Shown here piece after piece: positions 1-9,467 of a DNA stretch of 64,000 bases. Origin of the DNA: Clostridia bacterium (GTDB lineage: Bacteria; Bacillota; Clostridia; Oscillospirales; CAG-272); assembly GCA_017456545.1 (NCBI GenBank), contig JAFTJE010000033.1, positions 3,793-67,792 of the forward strand, given 5' to 3'. The notes beneath the pieces were generated by a model that was not told the origin of the DNA, ran no database searches, and saw nothing but the letters and a program-made list of their open reading frames with translations. The first letter of the stretch is position 1. Each line of letters begins with the position of its first letter. Made by a program: the position numbers and the translations under genes.

Positions 1-1
1 C

Positions 2-220
2 TTTGAAAATGCAATGGAGAGGCTGGAGGAAATTGTAAATCTTCTCGAAGGTGGGGAATCCTCCTTGGATCAATCACTTTCCTTATTTGAAGAAGGCGTA
101 AAATTGGTTAAAATCTGTAATGAAAAGCTCGAGAAAGCAGAAAGTGCTGTTAAACAGCTTATTAATGTTGACGGTGAGCTTGTAGAATCAGATTTTTATG
201 AGGGTGATAAGAATGATTAA
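2..220 (+). CDS. xseB: Exodeoxyribonuclease VII small subunit; the 5' end runs off the window
   Basis: The reading frame is open to the window edge (..FENAMERLEEIVNLLEGGESSLDQSLSLFEEGVKL). This is the typical XseB helical hairpin sequence, in the conserved position upstream of ispA. Confidence 0.8.
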   Translation, partial: FENAMERLEEIVNLLEGGESSLDQSLSLFEEGVKLVKICNEKLEKAESAVKQLINVDGELVESDFYEGDKND

Positions 221-1094
221 GGAACTTATAAAAACTAACGCCGAAATTGTTGAGAAATCCTTAAGAAAATATATGGAAATAGACGGATATGGTATAGAAA
301 AATCTATGTCATACAGTCTTTTAGGTGGTGGCAAGCGTATAAGACCTTTTATTGCTATTGAGGTTTATAAGCTATTTTCTAAAAGTGAAAACATAGATCC
401 TATTGTTCCGTATGCTTGTGCACTTGAGATGATTCATACATATTCGTTGATTCATGACGATCTTCCTGCTATGGATAATGATGATTACAGACGGGGAAAG
501 CTTACAAATCACAAGGTGTTTGGAGAAGCACAGGCTTTGCTTGCCGGTGACTCCCTACTTACTTATGCTTTTAAGGTTGCATCTGACAACCCATATGTAA
601 GTGACAGGAGTGTACGCTTAGCTGTCGGATGTCTTGCTGACTGTTCCGGATATGCAGGTATGGCAGGAGGTCAAATGATAGATCTTGATAGTGCCAATAA
701 TATCAGCTCATATAATGAATTGAAGCAGATGCACGCATTAAAAACAGGCAATTTAATTAAATGTGCTTGTTTGTTAGGATACTATGCTTCCTGTGATACA
801 CCTAATAAAGAGATTGTTAATGCACTTACAGATTTTGCAATAAGCCTTGGAATTGCATTTCAACTGCGTGATGATATTCTTGACAGAATATCGGATACTA
901 ACACATTAGGTAAACCCGTAGGCTCCGATGAAAAAAATAATAAAAACACCTCTTTAAGCTATATGACAATAGATGAGGCACAAAACGAGGTTGATTACTA
1001 TACAAATAAATCTATTGAAGCCATTATAAAATTTTGTGACGAAGACACAGTTCTTATTGATTTTGCAAAATATCTTATAAACAGAGAAAAGTAA
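198..1094 (+). CDS. ispA: Farnesyl/geranylgeranyl diphosphate synthase (polyprenyl synthetase)
   Basis: Two aspartate-rich motifs are present: LIHDDLPAMDNDDYRRGK and FQLRDDILD. The true start may be ATG 213, which sits behind GAGGGTG. Confidence 0.9.
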   Translation: MRVIRMIKELIKTNAEIVEKSLRKYMEIDGYGIEKSMSYSLLGGGKRIRPFIAIEVYKLFSKSENIDPIVPYACALEMIHTYSLIHDDLPAMDNDDYRRGKLTNHKVFGEAQALLAGDSLLTYAFKVASDNPYVSDRSVRLAVGCLADCSGYAGMAGGQMIDLDSANNISSYNELKQMHALKTGNLIKCACLLGYYASCDTPNKEIVNALTDFAISLGIAFQLRDDILDRISDTNTLGKPVGSDEKNNKNTSLSYMTIDEAQNEVDYYTNKSIEAIIKFCDEDTVLIDFAKYLINREK

Positions 1095-1876
1095 TGAGAG
1101 CAGATATATATTTATATACAAAAGGGTATGTAAAAAGTAGGCAAAAGGCAAAAACGCTTATATCTGAAGGATATGTACTCTTAAACGGTGAAAAGGTTGT
1201 AAAGCCGTCTGCAGAAATTGACGATAATATAGAATATGCCGTTGAAATAACAGACCCTTGTCCATATGTGTCAAGAGGAGGGCTTAAGCTTGAAAAGGCT
1301 ATAAAATCCTTTGAAATTGACATTATGGGAAGAATAGCCATCGATATAGGTGCATCAACAGGTGGATTTACACATTGCATGCTTTTACACGGTGCAAAGC
1401 GTGTATATGCTATAGATTCGGGTACAAATCAGCTTGACGAAGCTCTTTTAACGGATGAAAGAGTAGTATCATTAGAAAACTATAATGCAAGAAGCCTGAA
1501 TTATGAGGACATCGGAGAAATGGCTGATATAATAACTGCCGATGTTTCATTTATATCCCAAACCTATATACTATATCCTGCAACAGCATTGCTGAAGGAA
1601 AACGGATACTATATAGGTTTAATCAAGCCACAATTTGAGGTTGGTAAGGATAAAATAGACAAGGGTGGCATTGTAAAAAATAAAAAGAACCGCCTTTTTG
1701 GAGTAATGCGTGTAGTTGATTGTGCTAACACTTGTGGACTTAAGTGTATAGGTTTTACGAGCTCTCCAATTAAGGGTGGCGACGGAAATATTGAATTTTT
1801 AGCTGTGTTTTCTAAAAACGGCAGTGAAATAGATATAGAAAATATAAAAAGGACAGTTTTAACTGACGGGGAATAG
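1094..1876 (+). CDS. tlyA: TlyA-family rRNA 2'-O-methyltransferase (hemolysin A-like)
   Basis: There is an N-terminal S4-like segment (RADIYLYTKGYVKSRQKAKTLISEGYVLLNG) and a SAM-MTase motif (DIGASTGGFT). The start overlaps the ispA stop as TAATG. Confidence 0.85.
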   Translation: MRADIYLYTKGYVKSRQKAKTLISEGYVLLNGEKVVKPSAEIDDNIEYAVEITDPCPYVSRGGLKLEKAIKSFEIDIMGRIAIDIGASTGGFTHCMLLHGAKRVYAIDSGTNQLDEALLTDERVVSLENYNARSLNYEDIGEMADIITADVSFISQTYILYPATALLKENGYYIGLIKPQFEVGKDKIDKGGIVKNKKNRLFGVMRVVDCANTCGLKCIGFTSSPIKGGDGNIEFLAVFSKNGSEIDIENIKRTVLTDGE

Positions 1877-1878
1877 TA

Positions 1879-2325
1879 ATGAAATCTAAAAGACAAGAAA
1901 AAATACTTGAAATAATTGCAAATAACAATATTGAAACTCAAGAGGATCTTATTACAGCATTAAGAAATGAGGGCTATAATGCTACGCAGGCTACTGCATC
2001 AAGAGATATTAGACAGCTTAAGCTTCTTAAGGTGATGGTAGACGGAGTTTATAAATATGTAGCACCCAAAAGCGAGCTTGAGGATGTTATGGAATATAAT
2101 ACAGCACTTATGTCATCTATCAAGGATATAAGATATGCTTGTAATAATGTCGTTCTTAAAACTAATCCCGGACTTGCACACGCTGTAGGTGTAGGTATTG
2201 ATGCTATGAATTATACTGAAATTTTAGGTTGTGTTGCAGGAGATGATACAATTGTAATTGTAACAACCTCTGAGGAGACTGCAACATTTGTAGCAGAGAA
2301 GATAGCTAAGCTTTCCGGTAAATAA
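1879..2325 (+). CDS. argR: Arginine repressor
   Basis: Contains ATQATASRDIRQLKL (wHTH) and the C-terminal GCVAGDDTIVIV oligomerisation/arginine-binding motif. It sits in the conserved position before recN. Confidence 0.9.
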   Translation: MKSKRQEKILEIIANNNIETQEDLITALRNEGYNATQATASRDIRQLKLLKVMVDGVYKYVAPKSELEDVMEYNTALMSSIKDIRYACNNVVLKTNPGLAHAVGVGIDAMNYTEILGCVAGDDTIVIVTTSEETATFVAEKIAKLSGK

Positions 2326-2340
2326 CACAGAGGATTTAAT

Positions 2341-4056
2341 ATGCTTGATTCATTACATATTGAAAATATTGCCGTTGCAAAAAATGTCAATATTGAATTT
2401 GGTACAGGATTTAATGTCCTTACAGGTGAAACAGGTGCGGGAAAATCGATAATTATCGACTCAATAGGATTGATATTAGGTGATAAGGCATCTAAGGAAA
2501 TGATAAGACATGGAGCTGATAAAGCAACGGTAAGTGCCTATTTTTCCAATCTTGCCGAGGATGTATATACTGTATGTGACGAGCAGGGCTTGTACTATGA
2601 TAGAGAAGACATATTTTCTGTTTCAAGAACTGTTACAGTGGATGGAAGAAGCTCAGTTAAAATTAATTCAAAAACTGCTTCTTTATCTCAGCTTAAATTA
2701 ATTGCACCGTTACTTGTAAATATACATGGTCAAAATGAAAACCATAGCTTTATGGATAAATCAAATCATTTAAGATTACTGGATGAATATACAGAAATCG
2801 AAAATGTTATTACTGAATATAAAGCTATATATAAAGAGCTTTCCGACTTGAGAGGCGAAATTTCATCCTTGACCGAATTAAATAAGCAGAAGGATATGAT
2901 GTATGATATCCTTAAATTTCAAATTAAAGAAATTTCATCCGCTAAAATAACGGATCTCGAAGAAGAAAAAAAGCTGACCGAAAAGAGAATAAAGCTGAGA
3001 AGCTCTGAGAAAATCGTTAAGCTTGCTTCAAATACATATAAAGTACTATGTAAAAATGAAAGTGGAATAAGTGCTACTTATCTTTTGGATAAGGCAATAG
3101 ATTCTTTGAGCAGACTATCAGATGTTATTCCGGAGGCATCGGAGCTTTCTGAAAAGCTTAAGGAATTTAATTATGAAATAACCGATATAGGTGAGAAAGC
3201 GTTGGAATATGCTGATTTTGAGGGTGATGAGCCCCCTGAAATTCAACTTTCAAGAATCGAAGAGAGACTTTCATTATTACAGAAATTAAAGCGTAAATAC
3301 GGTGGAAGCGAGGCTGAGATTCTTAAATTTAAGGAAGATGCACAAATCAGGATTGACAACCTTGAAAAGGGAGAAGAAAGATTAGAAGAGCTTAAGCATC
3401 GGTACAAAAAAGCATATACCAATGCATTAAACAAAGCAAATGATATCCATAATATTCGAGTTAATGGTGCAGAAAAGCTGAGTAAATTAGTTATGGATAC
3501 ACTCACATTTCTAGATATGCCTAAGGTTCGTTTTGAAATTTGTGTTAGCAAGAATGAATCAAACGGTAAGGTAACCCTTAATCAATACGGTTGTGATGAT
3601 GTTGAATTTTTAATTGCTACTAATGTTGGTGAAGAGTTAGCTCCTATGAATAGGATTGCATCCGGAGGCGAGCTTTCCAGAATTATGCTTGCCTTAAAGA
3701 ATGCCTTGAGTGATAAAAACGGGGCAGGTACTGTTATTTTTGATGAAATAGATACCGGAGTTTCCGGTAGTACCTCTCAGAGAATAGGTATAAAGCTATT
3801 TGAGATATCCTTATCCACACAGACAATTTGCGTTACTCATTCTCCTCAGATTGCTGCACTTGCACAAAATCACTATTTTATAAAGAAAACAGAGATTGAT
3901 GAAAGAGCAGAAGCAAAGGTATTTGTTCTTAACGAGGATGAACGGGTAAATGAAATTGCAAGAATTATAGGTGGTATAAATCTCACAACTAAGCAGTTTG
4001 ATGCAGCAAAGGAGCTTATATCACAGTCTAATAAAATAAAAACCGAAAGCAAATAA
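2341..4056 (+). CDS. recN: DNA repair protein RecN
   Basis: Shows SMC-like architecture: Walker A GETGAGKS, a long coiled-coil middle region, the signature ASGGELSR, and Walker B VIFDEID. Confidence 0.95.
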   Translation: MLDSLHIENIAVAKNVNIEFGTGFNVLTGETGAGKSIIIDSIGLILGDKASKEMIRHGADKATVSAYFSNLAEDVYTVCDEQGLYYDREDIFSVSRTVTVDGRSSVKINSKTASLSQLKLIAPLLVNIHGQNENHSFMDKSNHLRLLDEYTEIENVITEYKAIYKELSDLRGEISSLTELNKQKDMMYDILKFQIKEISSAKITDLEEEKKLTEKRIKLRSSEKIVKLASNTYKVLCKNESGISATYLLDKAIDSLSRLSDVIPEASELSEKLKEFNYEITDIGEKALEYADFEGDEPPEIQLSRIEERLSLLQKLKRKYGGSEAEILKFKEDAQIRIDNLEKGEERLEELKHRYKKAYTNALNKANDIHNIRVNGAEKLSKLVMDTLTFLDMPKVRFEICVSKNESNGKVTLNQYGCDDVEFLIATNVGEELAPMNRIASGGELSRIMLALKNALSDKNGAGTVIFDEIDTGVSGSTSQRIGIKLFEISLSTQTICVTHSPQIAALAQNHYFIKKTEIDERAEAKVFVLNEDERVNEIARIIGGINLTTKQFDAAKELISQSNKIKTESK

Positions 4057-4113
4057 CACATAGTTAAAAATCATTTCATATATTTATATTATGCTTGACC
4101 TAAGGAGTGTATT

Positions 4114-5019
4114 ATGAAGTATAATGATTTGATAACTTATCTTAATTGCAAGGATATTTATTTCGAATTGAATAAAATGACAAAGGAGCTTGTTTCCTTC
4201 AATATCGGCGGTCCTGCCGATATTGTCATATACCCTACTAAAGTTGAAGAAATAATAGAAATTGTGCAATTTCTCGCTAATAATAAAATTAAATATATTT
4301 TTTTAGGAAATGGGACAAATACTATATTTCCGGATAACGGTTATTCGGGAGTTGTTATATCAACAAAGAAATTGAACAGTATCTTTATTTGCAACGACAG
4401 TATAATTTGCCTTTGTGGTGCCAATATATCCGATTGCTGTGTGTTTGCATATCATAATTGTCTTTCCGGAATTGAATTTGCATATGGGATTCCCGGCAGT
4501 ATTGGTGGTTTTGTCTATATGAATGCCTCTGCATTTAATCATTCTGCATCCGATGTCGTATATAAAACAAAAGTACTTGATATTTTGAGTTTTGATGTAT
4601 TCGATATTATACTTGATGAACATCAATACAGTGCAAAGCATTCAATTTTTATGAATAATAAAAACTATTTTATTATATCAACTGAGCTTAAATTAAGGAA
4701 AAGTAATAAAAACGATATATACATCAAAATGCAAGAAAATATGAGTAAAAGGAAAAAATCTCAGCCCCTCGATTACCCAAGTGCCGGGAGTGTATTCAAG
4801 CGTCCCCAAAACGGATATGCTTCAAAATTAATAGATGATGCCGGTCTTAAGGGAAAGAGAATAGGAGGAGCTACAGTGTCCGAAAAACATGCCGGATTTA
4901 TTGTAAATTCAAATAATGCAACCTTCTCAGATGTAATAGCTCTTGTGGATTTGATAAAGATGGATGTTAAAAATAAATACGGAATTTTACTTGAAGAAGA
5001 AATTATTTTTATAGAATAG
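4114..5019 (+). CDS. murB: UDP-N-acetylenolpyruvoylglucosamine reductase
   Basis: Has an FAD-binding N-terminus (FNIGGPADI..LGNGTN) and SAGSVFKRP in the C-terminal domain. Length is ~300 aa. Confidence 0.85.
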   Translation: MKYNDLITYLNCKDIYFELNKMTKELVSFNIGGPADIVIYPTKVEEIIEIVQFLANNKIKYIFLGNGTNTIFPDNGYSGVVISTKKLNSIFICNDSIICLCGANISDCCVFAYHNCLSGIEFAYGIPGSIGGFVYMNASAFNHSASDVVYKTKVLDILSFDVFDIILDEHQYSAKHSIFMNNKNYFIISTELKLRKSNKNDIYIKMQENMSKRKKSQPLDYPSAGSVFKRPQNGYASKLIDDAGLKGKRIGGATVSEKHAGFIVNSNNATFSDVIALVDLIKMDVKNKYGILLEEEIIFIE

Positions 5020-5027
5020 GGAATAAT

Positions 5028-5891
5028 ATGGGCTCGTTTACAAATGCTGTAAAGGAAGAGATTTTACAGCTTGATTATAAAAATAAAAAATGCTGTATGT
5101 TTTCTATGCTGTACGGTTTTTTATTCTGTGCAGAGAAGGAAAATGACAAATATTTCATAAAAACGACAAATGTAGAAATTGCAGATTGCTTCTTGAGGTT
5201 GTGTGATATTTTATTCAAAAAGAAGCATTTATGTTATTATAATAATGGCGAAATCTCAATAGAATCAAGCCTTTTTAGATATTTTACAATTGTAGAATAT
5301 AAAAGCAATATATTTAAGTGTCCGGATTGTGAGTATCATTTTCTTAGATCACTGTTTCTTATCCGTGGAATGGTTACCGATCCAAATAAATCTTATCTTT
5401 TGGAGTTATCCTTTTCTTCCGAAAATAAGGCTAATGAATTGTTTTCCATGCTGTCCGATTCAAGCTTCAAATTCAAAATGAGAGAGAGACAGGGCAAGTA
5501 TGTAATTTACACAAAGGACAGTGAAACTGTAGAAGATTATCTTGCTGTTATTGGTGCGAATAATGCAACATTTACTGTTATGAACAGTAAAATAATTAAG
5601 GATGTCAGGAATAGAGCTAACAGAATCAGCAACTGTGATGATGCAAATATTAACAAATCCCTTGATGCATCAAAAAAATATATAAATGCTATTAACTATC
5701 TCATTAAAAGCGATAAAATATCCAAATTAAGCGAGCAATTAACTGAAACAGCATATAAGCGTCTTGAATTTCCCGAATTAAATTATACTGAGCTTGGTAA
5801 AAAATTTAATCCGGTTATATCAAAATCCGGTATTTTCCACAGACTTGAAAAGATTGTGGAAATATACGAGGAAACAAAAAAAGAAGAATAG
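5028..5891 (+). CDS. whiA: Sporulation/cell-division regulator WhiA
   Basis: Has a degenerate LAGLIDADG-like core (FLRSLFLIRGMVTDP) and a C-terminal HTH (YTELGKKFNPVISKSGIFHRL). Confidence 0.85.
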   Translation: MGSFTNAVKEEILQLDYKNKKCCMFSMLYGFLFCAEKENDKYFIKTTNVEIADCFLRLCDILFKKKHLCYYNNGEISIESSLFRYFTIVEYKSNIFKCPDCEYHFLRSLFLIRGMVTDPNKSYLLELSFSSENKANELFSMLSDSSFKFKMRERQGKYVIYTKDSETVEDYLAVIGANNATFTVMNSKIIKDVRNRANRISNCDDANINKSLDASKKYINAINYLIKSDKISKLSEQLTETAYKRLEFPELNYTELGKKFNPVISKSGIFHRLEKIVEIYEETKKEE

Positions 5892-5901
5892 GAGTTAGAT
5901 A

Positions 5902-8900
5902 ATGTCGGACTTTGTACATTTACATCTGCATAGTGAATACAGCTTGCTTGACGGTGCATGCAGAATTGCTGATATACCAAAGGCGGTAAAAGCAAACGGT
6001 CAAAAGGCTGTTGCTATCACCGATCATGGAAATATGTTCGGCGTTATTGAATTTTATAAAGCTGCTATCAAAGAGGGAATAAAGCCCATTATTGGATGTG
6101 AGGTTTATTTATCTCCCGGTAGCAGATATGAAAAATCAAGAATCAATAATATTTCTTATTATCATCTTGTACTTCTATCTAAAAATGAAATTGGCTATAA
6201 GAACCTTTCCTACCTTGTTTCTGCCGGATATACAGAAGGCTTTTATATGAAGCCGAGAATTGATATGGAGCTACTCAGAGAACACAGTGAGGGACTTATA
6301 GCATTATCGGCGTGTCTTTCCGGTTTTATACCAAAAAATATCTTATTAGGTGACACCGAAAGTGCCATAGAGCATATACTTGATATGCAAAAGATATTTG
6401 GTAAGGATGATTTTTATCTCGAAATGCAAAATCACGGTATTGAAGAAGAAGCTAAGGTAAATTTGGAATTAGCTAAATTATCAAGACTTACCGGAGCTCC
6501 CTTAGTATGTACAAACGATGTACACTATCTGAACAGGGATGATGCTTATTCTCAATTGATTTTAATGTCAGTCCAGACAAACTCTACCGTATCAAATAAT
6601 TCCAAGATTGCATTTCCAACTAATGAGTTTTACTTAAAATCCAGTGAGGAAATGTACGAGCTTTTTTCTGCATATCCTGCAGCTTATGAAAATACAGTAA
6701 AGATAGCAGAAAAATGCAATTTCAAATTTGAATTCGGTAATATTCATTTACCTAAGTATAGTTTTTGTGCACCGTTAACCTCTAAGGAATTTTTAAGGAA
6801 ATTAGCCTTTGAAGGGCTCGATAACAGAGAAAAGACAGGGCAAATTATTTATACGGATACCTACACTAAGGAATTGTATGTAGAACGAACCGAAAATGAA
6901 CTTGCAGTAATTAATAAAATGGGTTATGATGATTACTTTCTCATTGTTTGGGATTTTATTAATTATGCAAAAAATAATGGTATTCCAGTAGGACCCGGAA
7001 GGGGATCGGGTGCCGGTAGTCTTGTTGCATATCTGCTTTCTATAACTGATATAGATTCTATAAAATTCGATCTTTTGTTTGAAAGATTCTTAAATCTTGA
7101 AAGATTAAGTATGCCCGATATAGATACTGATTTCTGCTATGAACGCCGAGACGAGGTAATAGAATATGTAAAGAGGAAATACGGTGTCGACCATGTTTCT
7201 CAGATAGTTACATTCGGTACTCTCGCTGCAAGGGCAGTAATAAAAGATGTTGGAAGGGTATTGGAGCTTCCGTATTCCGATGTAGATCATATATCTAAGC
7301 TTATCGGTAGTCATTCAACAATTAAGGAAGCAATGAATGATGTTGCAGAAATACGCCGTCTCTACGATAATGATGACGGCATAAAAAAATTAATTGATAC
7401 CTCTGTCAAGCTTGAAGGAATGCCAAGGCATGCCTCCACTCACGCAGCCGGTATTGTTATTACAGAATTGCCTCTAACCGAATATTTACCTCTATCTGTA
7501 AATGGAGGCATGGTTGTTACTCAATATGATATGAATGCTGTTGCAGAGCTGGGATTACTGAAATTTGATTTCCTTGCTCTTCGTAATCTTACCATTATAT
7601 CAGATACTGTTAAGCTTATTAAAAAAGAACACCCGGAATTTGATATAAATAAAATACCTCTTGACGACAAGGATGCATATAAGCTTATTGCTCAAGGTAA
7701 AACAGAGGGTATTTTTCAATTGGAGTCAGCAGGAATAAGACAGGTTCTTATGCAATTACAGCCAACTTCAATTGATGATATCATAGCTTGTCTTGCTTTA
7801 TACAGACCCGGACCAATGGATTCAATACCTGATTATATAAAGCGAAGACATAATAAGGATTTAATAAAATATAAAACGCCCTTACTTGAGCCTATTTTGA
7901 GGTCAACATATGGTTGCATTGTATATCAGGAGCAGGTAATGCAGATATTCGGTAAGTTGGCAGGCTATTCCTACGGCCAGGCTGATATCGTTCTTCGTGC
8001 AATGAAGAAAAAGAAGCTTGATGAGATGGAAAAGGCAAGAGGGTTATTTATTAATGGATGTAAAAATAACGGTATATCAGAGCCTACAGCTAATGATATT
8101 TTTAACGATATGGCTGACTTTGCAAAGTATGCTTTTAACAAAAGCCATGCAACCGCTTATGCAATGATATCTTACAGAACAGCATATCTAAAGAGTCGTT
8201 ATCCAAAGGAATTTTATGCATCTCTTATTACATCGGTGCTCGGCAATGCAGAGAAGGTAAGCCACTATATTGATGAATGTGAAAAACTCGGAATAAAGGT
8301 ATTGCCTCCCGATATAAACAGAAGTGACGCACTATTTTCTGTAGATGAAAACAATATTCGATTTGGATTACTGGCACTTAAAAATGTTGGCAGAAGCTTT
8401 ACTTCGGCAATTGTAGAAGAAAGAAATAGCTATGGAGAATATAAGGATTTTGAGGATTTTATATTCCGCCTGAAAAATAAGGATATAACAAAACGACAGG
8501 TAGAAATGCTTATAAAGGTTGGAGCCTTTGACTCACTTGGCAAATACCGTTCTCAGCTACTACAGGTATATGAAGAGATAGTTGATTCAGCTATTGGAAT
8601 GTCGAGAGCAACAAGCGGAGGGCAAACTGACATATTTTCAATGCTTTCAGATGATGAAATGATAAGCATTATGCCTTCTTTCGTCTATCCGGATATTCCT
8701 GAGCTATCCATCAAAGAAATTTTGGTTTATGAAAAGGATGCCACCGGTATGTTTTTCTCAGGGCATATTCTCGATGCCTATAAAAAACATATGGATAGCC
8801 TTAAATTATCTAAAATTTGCAAATATTTGGCAAATGACGAAAATGAATATACGCATAAAGATAAAGAAATTGTTAAGGTTGGAGGCATAGTAACCTCAAG

Positions 8901-9360
8901 AGTTGACAAGCTTACAAAAAAAGGGGATAATATGGCATTTGTTACCTTAGAGGATGAGACGGGTTCAATTGAAATTATTATTTTTCCAAATGCATATCAA
9001 AGCCTTCAATACATGTTTTATGAGGAAAATGTTGTATGGGTAAAGGGTACCTTAAGTATTAGGGAGGATGAAAATCCTAAAATTATTCTTACCTGCTCTG
9101 ATGCATTGTTAAAAAATACAGAATTTGATGCAATGCCAAAATCTGCAAAGCTATATCTTAAGGTATCATCAATTAATTTACCTATAGTTTCCGAAATAAC
9201 TGAACTTCTTAAAGAGTATGACGGTGATACAGAAATTATATTTTACGATGCATCAACTAAAAAATATGTTAAAGCATTGGAATTAAAAATATCTGTAAGT
9301 AAAGATATTTTGGATGCTTTGAAGGACATACTGGGAAAAGATAGCGTTGTTTTGAAATAA
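5902..9360 (+). CDS. dnaE: DNA polymerase III alpha subunit, DnaE type
   Basis: Has a PHP domain at the start (FVHLHLHSEYSLLDG), the polymerase core (GPGRGSGAGSLVAYLL, PDIDTDF), and a C-terminal OB fold. Length is 1152 aa. Confidence 0.95.
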   Translation: MSDFVHLHLHSEYSLLDGACRIADIPKAVKANGQKAVAITDHGNMFGVIEFYKAAIKEGIKPIIGCEVYLSPGSRYEKSRINNISYYHLVLLSKNEIGYKNLSYLVSAGYTEGFYMKPRIDMELLREHSEGLIALSACLSGFIPKNILLGDTESAIEHILDMQKIFGKDDFYLEMQNHGIEEEAKVNLELAKLSRLTGAPLVCTNDVHYLNRDDAYSQLILMSVQTNSTVSNNSKIAFPTNEFYLKSSEEMYELFSAYPAAYENTVKIAEKCNFKFEFGNIHLPKYSFCAPLTSKEFLRKLAFEGLDNREKTGQIIYTDTYTKELYVERTENELAVINKMGYDDYFLIVWDFINYAKNNGIPVGPGRGSGAGSLVAYLLSITDIDSIKFDLLFERFLNLERLSMPDIDTDFCYERRDEVIEYVKRKYGVDHVSQIVTFGTLAARAVIKDVGRVLELPYSDVDHISKLIGSHSTIKEAMNDVAEIRRLYDNDDGIKKLIDTSVKLEGMPRHASTHAAGIVITELPLTEYLPLSVNGGMVVTQYDMNAVAELGLLKFDFLALRNLTIISDTVKLIKKEHPEFDINKIPLDDKDAYKLIAQGKTEGIFQLESAGIRQVLMQLQPTSIDDIIACLALYRPGPMDSIPDYIKRRHNKDLIKYKTPLLEPILRSTYGCIVYQEQVMQIFGKLAGYSYGQADIVLRAMKKKKLDEMEKARGLFINGCKNNGISEPTANDIFNDMADFAKYAFNKSHATAYAMISYRTAYLKSRYPKEFYASLITSVLGNAEKVSHYIDECEKLGIKVLPPDINRSDALFSVDENNIRFGLLALKNVGRSFTSAIVEERNSYGEYKDFEDFIFRLKNKDITKRQVEMLIKVGAFDSLGKYRSQLLQVYEEIVDSAIGMSRATSGGQTDIFSMLSDDEMISIMPSFVYPDIPELSIKEILVYEKDATGMFFSGHILDAYKKHMDSLKLSKICKYLANDENEYTHKDKEIVKVGGIVTSRVDKLTKKGDNMAFVTLEDETGSIEIIIFPNAYQSLQYMFYEENVVWVKGTLSIREDENPKIILTCSDALLKNTEFDAMPKSAKLYLKVSSINLPIVSEITELLKEYDGDTEIIFYDASTKKYVKALELKISVSKDILDALKDILGKDSVVLK

Positions 9361-9364
9361 AAAA

Positions 9365-9399
9365 ATTGGACATCATCAATTGGATGTCCAATTTTTTTA
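9365..9399 (+). terminator. Rho-independent terminator after dnaE
   Basis: The arm attggacatc pairs with gatgtccaat around an 8-nt loop, followed by a T-run. Confidence 0.8.
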
Positions 9400-9467
9400 T
9401 TTCAAATTTTAACTCGTATTCAGAATGTTTATTTGTTAAATAATATTAGAGAAAGTGAGGTTATAAA

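Noticed and set aside
3811-3819. A perfect DnaA-box nonamer, TTATCCACA, is present.
   Set aside because: It is a single copy inside the recN coding region. There is no cluster, no adjacent AT-rich unwinding element, and no dnaA/dnaN context. Its occurrence is compatible with chance.
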